A DNA stretch of 41,315 nt, taken from a virus. This document shows, piece after piece, positions 16,819 to 23,178 of the stretch. Where the stretch lies: IMG/VR virus record IMGVR_UViG_3300045988_066741. One strand, 5' to 3'. The notes under the pieces are model-generated. The model searched no databases. It had not been told where the DNA came from and saw only the letters and a list, made by a program, of their open reading frames with translations. Position 1 is the first letter of the stretch; each line of letters begins with the position of its first letter. A program made the position numbers and the translations under genes.

Positions 16819-16982
16819 TTCATTCTCTCCTGCAGTTCCCGCAGCATCTCAAGTGCTTTGATAATTGCTGCCTCCTGCTTTTCTGCTACGCTTCTCCAGC
16901 TTACGCAGTCGCAGTCGAGCACATCGTCCAGGGTCTTGTAGATGTCTGCGGCCAGCTCCTGCTTTGTCAGACTGTCTGTCAT
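16815..16982 (-). CDS. Micro-ORF (55 aa)
   Basis: Own translation: MTDSLTKQELAADIYKTLDDVLDCDCVSWRSVAEKQEAAIIKALEMLRELQERMK. SD is GGGAGG. ATGA overlap with the DUF2800 stop. Confidence 0.5.
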   Translation of the reverse strand: MTDSLTKQELAADIYKTLDDVLDCDCVSWRSVAEKQEAAIIKALEMLRELQERMK

Positions 16983-18118
16983 TTGAATTCCTCCCCGAAG
17001 GCCTCGAATGCCGAGGCTTCTCTGATATCTGGTCTCTTGTCGCTCTCCGGTACCAGTGTCGGAGCTCCTGGCGGTTTGATCAGCGTGTCGCCCAGGATCT
17101 TTGGCAGTTCATTCTTTCCTGTCAGCTTCTGCAGCTCTGTGATTGTCTTCAGCTTTGTCACAGTGATGTCCGTGTACTGGTATCCTGCTGCCTGCAGTTT
17201 CTTCATGGCTTCCAGGTCATCAGTGATCTTGCGTCTGGACGTTCCTTCTACTACCTTGTAGCCTCTGTACTTTGTGCCCGACAGTGCCTGTTCCAGGGCG
17301 TATTCCTGCAGGTCTTTGGCCCAGGCGGTCATTTCCTTCAGCCTTGGAAGAAGATCGGCGATTTCGTCGTCTTTCAAAAGCATTCCGTTGAGCCTTTTGT
17401 TTTTCTCGGCTACTTCTTCCTGCATCTGCGCTCTTGCTCTGCAGTTTGCTTTGACCTTGCAGAATCTGCACCACCCTCCAGGCATCTGCATTCCTTCTCC
17501 GGCGTAGGCCATCTTTGCCATTGGCCTTACTGTTCCTTCCAGCCATTTCTCCAGGTTTTCCACGGTCGTCGTGTATGAATCAAAGTGGTCGATACGTGGC
17601 TGGTAGATATGAACCGTGATGTTTCTGAAACCGTACAGAGGTTCGTAGATGTTCATCGTCCCTGCTGCATAGAGTAATAATTGAGAGTTATGATATGCAC
17701 TTACCGGTACTCCCTCTCCATACTTGAAGTCGATAACATGCAGCGTGTCTGTGCTTACGACTACAGCGTCGCTGGTTCCGAATCCCTCGGGTATCCATTT
17801 AGAAAGGTCAACCTCTACCTCTACGAACAGCTGCGCGCATGGATCTTTCTTCTTTTCTGCGTTCAGTACCTCGATTACGTAGTTTCTGTAGTTCGTGGTC
17901 GCCTCGTCCATCTCTCCGTCGGGGCACTTCACCTTCTTTCTCGGATGGCCCTCCAGGTAGTTCGTCAGCTTCTCCTCGGCCTTGGAGTGTGCCAGAGTGC
18001 CCTCTGCAGCGTATGCAGAGGCTTTCTCCGGTATCGTTTCTTCCAGTCTTGCCGATGGAGTGCAGCAGAGCCACCTCTCAGAGCTGGATGCGCTGAGCAG
18101 TGCGTGTCTACTTGGCAT
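16979..18118 (-). CDS. DUF2800 / PD-(D/E)XK (Cas4-like) nuclease
   Basis: 379 aa. N-terminus HALLSASSSERWLCCTPS...YAAEGTLAH. C-terminal cysteine cluster CRFCKVKANC. Confidence 0.8.
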   Translation of the reverse strand: MPSRHALLSASSSERWLCCTPSARLEETIPEKASAYAAEGTLAHSKAEEKLTNYLEGHPRKKVKCPDGEMDEATTNYRNYVIEVLNAEKKKDPCAQLFVEVEVDLSKWIPEGFGTSDAVVVSTDTLHVIDFKYGEGVPVSAYHNSQLLLYAAGTMNIYEPLYGFRNITVHIYQPRIDHFDSYTTTVENLEKWLEGTVRPMAKMAYAGEGMQMPGGWCRFCKVKANCRARAQMQEEVAEKNKRLNGMLLKDDEIADLLPRLKEMTAWAKDLQEYALEQALSGTKYRGYKVVEGTSRRKITDDLEAMKKLQAAGYQYTDITVTKLKTITELQKLTGKNELPKILGDTLIKPPGAPTLVPESDKRPDIREASAFEAFGEEFK

Positions 18119-18554
18119 TGATTGCCTCCATCAGTTCAGGGTACTTTTCTTTAGGCATGCTGGATACGCTTCTTGCGCCCAGCTGGCTGAGGATTTCCTT
18201 GAATACCTCAGGGCTGTTCTTCTTGATGAAGTCCGCGCTTGCCGCGATCACTTCTTTTTCGGTGTATTCCTTCACCGGTTCTTCTTCAGCAGCTTTCTCA
18301 GTTACCGTCTCTTCCTCAGAGCACTCATTTGTTGTCCATCCGCCTGTCGTGTTTCTCCAGGACACTCCGCCTTCTTCCTGTTTGGCCTCAGGCTTTGGCT
18401 TCTTTGCAGCTTTGGCTTCTCCGTGTGCCTGCTCGATTGCTTCATCGGCTTCTGCATCCGCCTTGATCTGCGGGTTCTTGCTGAGGAATGCCAGCAGTTC
18501 CTGGCATTCTTTCATTTCCGACTGCGTGTACTTGATACTTACATCAACAAACAT
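18108..18554 (-). CDS. Hypothetical acidic early protein
   Basis: ATG at 18554 follows GGGAGGAAATAAAA. 148 aa with an E/D/K-rich centre. No motif recognised. Confidence 0.55.
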   Translation of the reverse strand: MFVDVSIKYTQSEMKECQELLAFLSKNPQIKADAEADEAIEQAHGEAKAAKKPKPEAKQEEGGVSWRNTTGGWTTNECSEEETVTEKAAEEEPVKEYTEKEVIAASADFIKKNSPEVFKEILSQLGARSVSSMPKEKYPELMEAINAK

Positions 18555-18771
18555 TTTTATTTCCTCCCTTTTGTCCATGTTCTGTTGTTCCCTCTATATC
18601 CATCCAGCTGCCTTCATCATCTTCATGCTGGATTGGTGAGATGATTGTGTGATCATGCATCTCTCTGATCAGATAGTCCCTCAGGCCTCGAATCTGCTCC
18701 AGGCTTTCGTTTCGGTATGAGACTTTCTGGTCCCCGATCTGTGCTGTAAATCTGTACTTCTTTTTCGACAT
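18544..18771 (-). CDS. Hypothetical small protein
   Basis: ATG at 18771 follows AAGGAGACAAGG. 75 aa (MSKKKYRFTAQIGDQK...). The ORF-track start at 18843 lies in the intergenic hairpin region. Confidence 0.5.
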   Translation of the reverse strand: MSKKKYRFTAQIGDQKVSYRNESLEQIRGLRDYLIREMHDHTIISPIQHEDDEGSWMDIEGTTEHGQKGGNKNVC

Positions 18772-18773
18772 CC

Positions 18774-18803
18774 TTGTCTCCTTTTTTGTGCTTGTGCTAT
18801 AAT
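18774..18803 (+). promoter_or_regulatory. Plus-strand promoter inside the minus-strand early operon
   Basis: TTGTCT (18774-18779), an 18-nt spacer, then the extended -10 TGcTATAAT (18795-18803). Confidence 0.45.
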
Positions 18804-18809
18804 ATCTAT

Positions 18810-18861
18810 GTGTGTTTGTGCTAGTATTTGACTTCGTCATCAAATGCTAGCCCTTTTTTTT
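18810..18861 (+). ncRNA. Candidate ~50-nt small RNA ending in an intrinsic terminator
   Basis: 12-bp stem 18820-18831 / 18840-18851 (one G-U pair), 8-nt loop, CC, then T8 (18854-18861). This is a plus-strand terminator geometry, although every flanking gene is on the minus strand. The promoter lies about 7 nt upstream of the predicted start. Confidence 0.4.
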
Positions 18862-19111
18862 ATGCCCTCTCGTGTGCCTCGATGATCTTCTTTTCGCTCA
18901 GTCCAAGGCACCCGATGGCTCTTTTTGTCAGCATGAACCGTCCGCCGCCTATGCATTCCAGTCCTTCTGCCTCTATATCTGACAGGAACCTGTTCCACAG
19001 TTTCGTTGCGGTCTTGTACCCGCAGTCCATGAACTTCTGGAACTCTTTTTTGTTCATGTAGCCGCGGATCAGCATCCTGTACCTGAAATCTTCCAGTCTT
19101 TCTTCGCTCAT
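18860..19111 (-). CDS. Hypothetical early protein
   Basis: 83-aa ORF in the operon context. No motif recognised with confidence. Confidence 0.5.
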   Translation of the reverse strand: MSEERLEDFRYRMLIRGYMNKKEFQKFMDCGYKTATKLWNRFLSDIEAEGLECIGGGRFMLTKRAIGCLGLSEKKIIEAHERA

Positions 19112-19335
19112 AGGCTCAGGGCTCCAAGCTGCAGGGCTACGATCAGCAGGATTGCTGCCGTCAGCCCGCAGATCAGCATGATGTCTGTACTGCTGAAGAT
19201 TTCTTTTACCGCTTCTTCCTCATGCTGCTTTCTGTTCATGAAGCTTGGGATCTCGAGCGGTTTCTCGAAATGTTGCACCTCTAGAGGCTTTTTTTCAGTC
19301 ATTGTTTGCACCTCTAGAGGCTTTTTTTCAGTCAT
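19108..19335 (-). CDS. Small membrane-anchored protein with an 11-aa tandem repeat
   Basis: C-terminal TM segment IMLICGLTAAILLIVALQLGALSL. The repeat MTEKKPLEVQT is duplicated. Several in-frame starts are possible (GTG 19350, ATG 19335, ATG 19302). Confidence 0.5.
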   Translation of the reverse strand: MTEKKPLEVQTMTEKKPLEVQHFEKPLEIPSFMNRKQHEEEAVKEIFSSTDIMLICGLTAAILLIVALQLGALSL

Positions 19336-19346
19336 TGTTTGCACCT
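19275..19346. repeat. Perfect 33-bp tandem repeat, 2.2 copies
   Basis: gcacctctagaggctttttttcagtcattgttt at 19275-19307 and at 19308-19340, then a partial copy gcacct. In frame with the overlapping CDS. Confidence 0.9.
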
Positions 19347-19861
19347 TCACTTTCTTCTTCCGGGAAGAACGTGCGTGTTCTGATTCCTTGCGAGTCGTTC
19401 TTCTCGTCTTCTAATTCTGGAAAGAATGGGCGGAGCAGTTCTTCTGTTTCCTTGTCCAGCTCCTGTTTTTCATTCATGGCTTCTGCCAGGGTGACTGCCT
19501 CTTTTTCTTCCTGTCCGGCCGACAGTTCGTCTGCCCATCTCTGCGCTTTCTCGGCCATGATTTCCAGGTCCAGTGGAATATCAGCGGTTTCTGCTGTCAT
19601 CGTAAAGGCTGCATACTTCTTGATTACCTTCATCAGGCACCAGTAGGAGTCGTACCCGCCTTTGTTTGTTCCCTCAAGGGCTCTTGCGTATTTGAGGCAT
19701 GCCTGTGCAAGGTCTGCAGCTGCCTCTGCTGTCTGTCTGTAAAGTTCAGGCTTGTGCAGGCGCTCCTGCACGTACTCCTCCGCAGTAGTCGTCTTGAGTT
19801 TCAGCTCCAGTGCAGTACTCGTCTTGAGCTTTAGCTCTGCGATCTTTCTGTTGTTTTCCAT
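19328..19861 (-). CDS. Hypothetical early protein with a strongly acidic C-terminal half
   Basis: 177 aa. Contains an ELKLKT(S/T)TA duplication near the N-terminus. The C-terminus is rich in E/D (EELLRPFFPELEDEKND...EEESEGANND). Confidence 0.55.
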   Translation of the reverse strand: MENNRKIAELKLKTSTALELKLKTTTAEEYVQERLHKPELYRQTAEAAADLAQACLKYARALEGTNKGGYDSYWCLMKVIKKYAAFTMTAETADIPLDLEIMAEKAQRWADELSAGQEEKEAVTLAEAMNEKQELDKETEELLRPFFPELEDEKNDSQGIRTRTFFPEEESEGANND

Positions 19862-19866
19862 TTCTC

Positions 19867-20085
19867 TTATTCCTCCTCTCTAAGGGCTTCCGTCTCTGTG
19901 AAGTTGTCCAGTACCTTTTCTACCCGTTCTCGCAAGGCTTTCACCTTGTCGTAGTACTCTTTGTCCTTCCATGTTGTGAAGACCTTGTTTCTTAGAGTGC
20001 GGAGCTGTGAGCTCAGGCACTCATCCATAACTTCCAGGTCATCCTTTGTCAGGATCATTGATGCTGCTGCCAGAATTGTCGCCAT
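19867..20085 (-). CDS. Hypothetical small early protein
   Basis: ATG at 20085 follows GGGAGGACAAGAAAG. 72 aa. Confidence 0.5.
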   Translation of the reverse strand: MATILAAASMILTKDDLEVMDECLSSQLRTLRNKVFTTWKDKEYYDKVKALRERVEKVLDNFTETEALREEE

Positions 20086-20227
20086 CTTTCTTGTCCTCCC
20101 TGTTTCTCTCGGCTGTTTCCAGCGCGTCCTCCATTCCTTTTCGAAGTGCCTCAGCACATTCCATAAGGTGTCCCTTCAGGATCTTCAGGTCATCCTCTGT
20201 CCGTGTCATTGGGATTAAGGTCTTCAT
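20039..20227 (-). CDS. Hypothetical small early protein
   Basis: ATG at 20227 follows AAAAGGAGGACAAGAAGA. 62 aa. Confidence 0.5.
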   Translation of the reverse strand: MKTLIPMTRTEDDLKILKGHLMECAEALRKGMEDALETAERNREDKKDGDNSGSSINDPDKG

Positions 20228-20375
20228 TCTTCTTGTCCTCCTTTTTGTTTGCCATCTGCTCTGCGCAGGCTATGAAGCCTTGAAGATATGCCATAGTCTT
20301 CTGATCAAGGTTGTCAGCCTTTCCGCTGAAGTATTCTATGGACTTTTTTTTGTCATCGCGTTTTGCTTCACCCAT
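20190..20375 (-). CDS. First gene of the early operon (hypothetical, 61 aa)
   Basis: ATG at 20375 follows AAGGAGATAAAT. Lies downstream of the near-consensus promoter. Confidence 0.5.
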   Translation of the reverse strand: MGEAKRDDKKKSIEYFSGKADNLDQKTMAYLQGFIACAEQMANKKEDKKNEDLNPNDTDRG

Positions 20376-20416
20376 ATTTATCTCCTTCTCTGTTACTTTT
20401 CGTAACTTCTGAGACT

Positions 20417-20445
20417 ATTATAAATTCTTATCGTATTTTCGTCAA
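20417..20445 (-). promoter_or_regulatory. Early lytic promoter
   Basis: On the minus strand: TTGACG (20445-20440), a 17-nt spacer, TATAAT (20422-20417). A GTTAC-N5-GTAAC inverted repeat at 20392-20406 lies in the leader. Confidence 0.7.
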
Positions 20446-20509
20446 CTAGAAAAGTTGCAATTCTTTACTTTCTGACATTTTATGCTATTATCTATTCAGG
20501 GAGGATAAA

Positions 20510-20869
20510 ATGAAGGGCTTTAATGAAAGAATGAAGGAGCTCAGAAAAGCCTTAGGGCTAACCATGGAAGAGTTCGGCAGTAAAATAGGAATGACGAAGG
20601 CCTCTGTATCTAGGCTTGAGGCTGGCATAAATGGCGCCTCTGAGCAGACTATTAGATTGATTTGTTTGACTTGGGGTGTTGATTACTTCTGGCTGACTAA
20701 TGGCACCGGAGAGATGTTCGTTGACTCTATGGATTACCTAATCGACGAGTTAGCTGCGGAGAAACACTGGAAGCCTGAAACTGTTAAGGTCATGAAAAGG
20801 CTGTACTCCTTACCACCGGAGCAGTTTGATCTTGTTTGTAAGGTTATTGATTCAATGGGCGACAAATAA
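20510..20869 (+). CDS. XRE-family HTH repressor without a peptidase domain
   Basis: 119 aa. HTH segment LRKALGLTMEEFGSKIGMTKASVSRLEAG. Divergent from the early promoter. SD AGGGAGG. Confidence 0.85.
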   Translation: MKGFNERMKELRKALGLTMEEFGSKIGMTKASVSRLEAGINGASEQTIRLICLTWGVDYFWLTNGTGEMFVDSMDYLIDELAAEKHWKPETVKVMKRLYSLPPEQFDLVCKVIDSMGDK

Positions 20870-20915
20870 AAAAAAAGAAGAGCAGTAGCTTGTTTCGCTA
20901 CTGCTCTTCTTTCGT
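20868..20915. terminator. Bidirectional intrinsic terminator
   Basis: 13-bp perfect stem GAAGAGCAGTAGC (20877-20889) / GCTACTGCTCTTC (20897-20909). A9 lies upstream (U9 for minus-strand transcripts) and TTTCGTC downstream. Confidence 0.8.
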
Positions 20916-21050
20916 CATGGCACCTTTGTCTGCTACCTGCGTGTGTTTGTGCTGGTGCCGTATCTCAACCAGAGCCCGTGTATAATGGCATACGTTCTGC
21001 GTAGACCTTCCGGGCTCTGGTTGAATCATGAACTGGATTTGTTCCATCAT
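20898..21050 (-). CDS. Unannotated 50-codon ORF (or a structured RNA) between the two repressor genes
   Basis: Own translation: MMEQIQFMIQPEPGRSTQNVCHYTRALVEIRHQHKHTQVADKGAMTKEEQ. GAGAGGAG lies 7 nt before the ATG at 21050. There is a strong promoter upstream, and the stop falls inside the terminator stem. Confidence 0.4.
   Translation of the reverse strand: MMEQIQFMIQPEPGRSTQNVCHYTRALVEIRHQHKHTQVADKGAMTKEEQ
20965..21024. repeat. 14-bp perfect inverted repeat with a 32-nt spacer
   Basis: TCAACCAGAGCCCG (20965-20978) and CGGGCTCTGGTTGA (21011-21024). Confidence 0.9.
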
Positions 21051-21078
21051 ATGCTAGCTCCTCTCTTGAGACCCTTAG

Positions 21079-21106
21079 ATTCTAGCACTTTCGAGAATTG
21101 TGTCAA
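21079..21106 (-). promoter_or_regulatory. Near-consensus minus-strand promoter
   Basis: On the minus strand: TTGACA (21106-21101), a 16-nt spacer, then the extended -10 TGc-TAGAAT (21087-21079). Confidence 0.65.
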
Positions 21107-21110
21107 CCTT

Positions 21111-21141
21111 TTAGATTATTTTTTATTTGTTGTGCTATAAT
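21111..21141 (+). promoter_or_regulatory. Promoter of the S24 repressor-integrase operon
   Basis: Extended -10 TGcTATAAT (21133-21141), 35 nt upstream of the ATG. The -35 is weak. Confidence 0.55.
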
Positions 21142-21176
21142 CTTTTTGTAACCTTTAAGATTAGGAGGATTAAATT

Positions 21177-21788
21177 ATGAACGAATCTATGCGAGATCTG
21201 CTGGCTCAGAGATTGCCTGAACTTTTGAAAAAATCCGGGGCTTCCCGCAAGGAACTAGCGGCTTTCTGCGGCGTTTCAGAGAACACCGTTTCTGCCTGGG
21301 TGCGCGGACTGAAGACTCCGCGTCCTGAAAAGATGTCCAGGCTTGCGGAGTTCTTTAATATCAAAGCTACCGACCTTATAAGCCATTCTTTAGACAGGGA
21401 GCTGCATCCCGTACGCTTTCTTCCGCTTATCTCACCTAACGGCGCCATTGTTGACTCTACCGTTCCAGGCAGCTATGGTGCTCTGTCCGAGGGAATAGAT
21501 GCCGACTATGTATGGATCTGCCCGGATGATTCCATGCATTCCGCGGGCATCTGTCGCGGGGATGTGTGTCTGATCAAGGGTTCCAGCGCTGTCCGTGCTG
21601 GGCATCCTGCTCTGATCGTGCTGGACGGCTGCACGATGCTCCGCTTCCTGGAACAGTTCGAATCCGCCATGTATATCCGTCCAGCGTATCCTAGCCAGCA
21701 GGGAGCTCTGCTCACGGGAGACTGGTCTTCCAGGCTCCGTATTCTGGGCTATATCAAGGCGCTCAGGCGCGAATGGAGGCGAGGATAA
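21177..21788 (+). CDS. LexA/CI-type repressor (XRE HTH plus S24 peptidase domain)
   Basis: N-terminal HTH RKELAAFCGVSENTVSAWVRG. The C-terminal segment ICPDDSMHSAGICRGDVCLI contains the S24 serine motif, and a Lys occurs in LGYIKAL. Confidence 0.85.
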   Translation: MNESMRDLLAQRLPELLKKSGASRKELAAFCGVSENTVSAWVRGLKTPRPEKMSRLAEFFNIKATDLISHSLDRELHPVRFLPLISPNGAIVDSTVPGSYGALSEGIDADYVWICPDDSMHSAGICRGDVCLIKGSSAVRAGHPALIVLDGCTMLRFLEQFESAMYIRPAYPSQQGALLTGDWSSRLRILGYIKALRREWRRG

Positions 21789-22898
21789 ATGTCTGTATCT
21801 AAAGATAAGAAACGCGGCACCTGGCTTTATCATGGCTATTATCGAGATGCTACGAATGCGCGCCGGCAGTACTGCCGTCGTGGCTTTGAAACAAAACGAG
21901 ATGCAAAAGAGGCAGAGCGTGCCTTCCTGGAGGCATCTGTCAAGGTTCGCCCTTCCATTACCCTGGACGAGCTGGTTCTTCGATATCACGAAGAATACGA
22001 GATCATGGGAATCAAAGAGGCGACCCTTATATCAAATGAAAGCTATTATCGCAATCATATTCAGAAAAGTCTGGGAGGTGTTCAACTCTCAAAGTTTACC
22101 GCTCCGCTTGTCACACAGTTCATGTCCAGCGTTGCAAAGCGTAAACAAAAAGACGGCACTCCCTATTCTGTTGCAACGATCAACAAAACGAAGGAAGTGC
22201 TGTCTAAATACTTGAGCTATGCCATGCGTCTTGGCTTTATCGACTATAACCCCTGCATGGCCGTCGGTCGCTTCAAGCGTCCATCTGATTATAACACAAA
22301 TGCGCCGAACTTCTGGGAAGTGAAGACGTTTAAATACTTTCTTTCCTTTGTGGATGATCCTTTCTGGGTGGACGTGTTTACGTTCCTCTTTGAGACGGGC
22401 GTACGAGAGGGGGAATTCTTCGCCCTGCAGTGGTCTGATGTTGATCTTGGTGCTGGAACACTCAGCATAAAGAAAACTCTAACTTATAAAACTCTTGGCC
22501 GTGGCTGGGCTCTCACGTCTCCAAAGACGAGGAATTCAATCCGCCGTATTGATCTGCAGGATTCGCTCCTGGAGCTCCTGCGTCGCCGTTACGCTGCGTC
22601 TTCCTGCGTGGATGGATTCTCGTCCGACTTCTTTGTGTTTGGCGATGTAGCGCCTATGTCGCGTCAGAAACTGGCTACAACTCTAGACAGATATATCAGG
22701 CTCACTGGTGTTCCGCGTATCACACCTCACGGCTTCCGTCATTCCCATGCATCGTATCTGATCCGTTCTGGAAAGATAGACGATCAACTTATCGCTGACC
22801 GTTTGGGCCACACTGTCGAAGAAATGCGCAAGACATACGCTCATATTTACGAGGAGTCCAGGCATGATCTGAAGTCAATTCTGAATGAAATATTCTGA
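21789..22898 (+). CDS. int: Tyrosine integrase with an N-terminal arm-binding domain
   Basis: C-terminus HGFRHSHASYLI...LGHTVEEMRKTYAHIY (R-H-R-Y catalytic set). N-terminus KRGTWLYHGYYRD...RRGFETKRDAKEAE. The ATG abuts the repressor stop. Confidence 0.95.
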   Translation: MSVSKDKKRGTWLYHGYYRDATNARRQYCRRGFETKRDAKEAERAFLEASVKVRPSITLDELVLRYHEEYEIMGIKEATLISNESYYRNHIQKSLGGVQLSKFTAPLVTQFMSSVAKRKQKDGTPYSVATINKTKEVLSKYLSYAMRLGFIDYNPCMAVGRFKRPSDYNTNAPNFWEVKTFKYFLSFVDDPFWVDVFTFLFETGVREGEFFALQWSDVDLGAGTLSIKKTLTYKTLGRGWALTSPKTRNSIRRIDLQDSLLELLRRRYAASSCVDGFSSDFFVFGDVAPMSRQKLATTLDRYIRLTGVPRITPHGFRHSHASYLIRSGKIDDQLIADRLGHTVEEMRKTYAHIYEESRHDLKSILNEIF

Positions 22899-22899
22899 T

Positions 22900-22921
22900 T
22901 TTGTGTATCATTTGTGTATCA
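22900..22921. repeat. Perfect 11-bp tandem duplication at the convergent junction (candidate attP element)
   Basis: tttgtgtatca at 22900-22910 and again at 22911-22921, immediately after the integrase stop. Confidence 0.35.
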
Positions 22922-22927
22922 CGAAAA

Positions 22928-22953
22928 GGCGCCAGGTTACTTTTCCTGGCGTT
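22928..22953 (+). terminator. Hairpin terminator after int
   Basis: CGCCAGG (22930-22936) / CCTGGCG (22945-22951), followed by a T-rich tail. The right arm lies within the 3' end of the convergent gene. Confidence 0.5.
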
Positions 22954-23137
22954 CCTTTATGTCTTTTCTGATCAGCTGCTTCAGGTATGCGTTGGTCGAG
23001 GTTCCTTCTTCGTTTATTTTCTTTAGATGATCCAGGATATCCTTGTCCAGCTTCATGTTCAGCTTGACGGTCTTGTTTGTGTAGTGCTCAGACAGCCACT
23101 TGTTTGTAGCGTCTTTCTGTGCTTCTGATACAGCCAT
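22937..23137 (-). CDS. Ribbon-helix-helix (CopG/Arc-like) small DNA-binding protein
   Basis: 66 aa. The layout is a strand (KTVKLNMKL), a helix (DKDILDHLKKI) and a second helix (STNAYLKQLIRKDI). SD GGAGGAG. Confidence 0.55.
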   Translation of the reverse strand: MAVSEAQKDATNKWLSEHYTNKTVKLNMKLDKDILDHLKKINEEGTSTNAYLKQLIRKDIKERQEK

Positions 23138-23178
23138 CCTCGTTCTCCTCCATCATTATTTTATAATGCAGAGGTTTG

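Larger units (their letters stand above)
21070..21163. promoter_or_regulatory. Three direct 14-mer repeats (candidate operators) bracketing two back-to-back promoters
   Basis: gacccttagattct (21070-21083), aaccttttagatta (21105-21118) and aacctttaagatta (21150-21163). In addition, the inverted repeat TAATCTT (21138-21144) / AAGATTA (21157-21163) overlaps the plus-strand -10. Confidence 0.45.

Noticed and set aside
18811-18824. A 13-nt match (gtgtgtttgtgct) between 18812-18824 and 20940-20952, considered as a shared operator.
   Set aside because: Exact 13-mers are expected by chance several times in a 41-kb genome. Related strings (catgtgtgttt) also occur just upstream of unrelated start codons (23594, 27377), so this looks like a compositional or initiation-region bias.
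20483-20491. TGcTATTAT, considered as the promoter of the XRE repressor gene.
   Set aside because: The predicted start would fall on the SD, only about 12 nt before the ATG. An alternative TTGCAA-17-TTTTAT is weak. The promoter cannot be placed from sequence alone.
20943-21140. A 65-aa plus-strand ORF in the inter-repressor gap.
   Set aside because: It has a GTG start and no SD. It runs through the 14-bp inverted repeat and both promoter elements. The minus-strand unit explains the region better.
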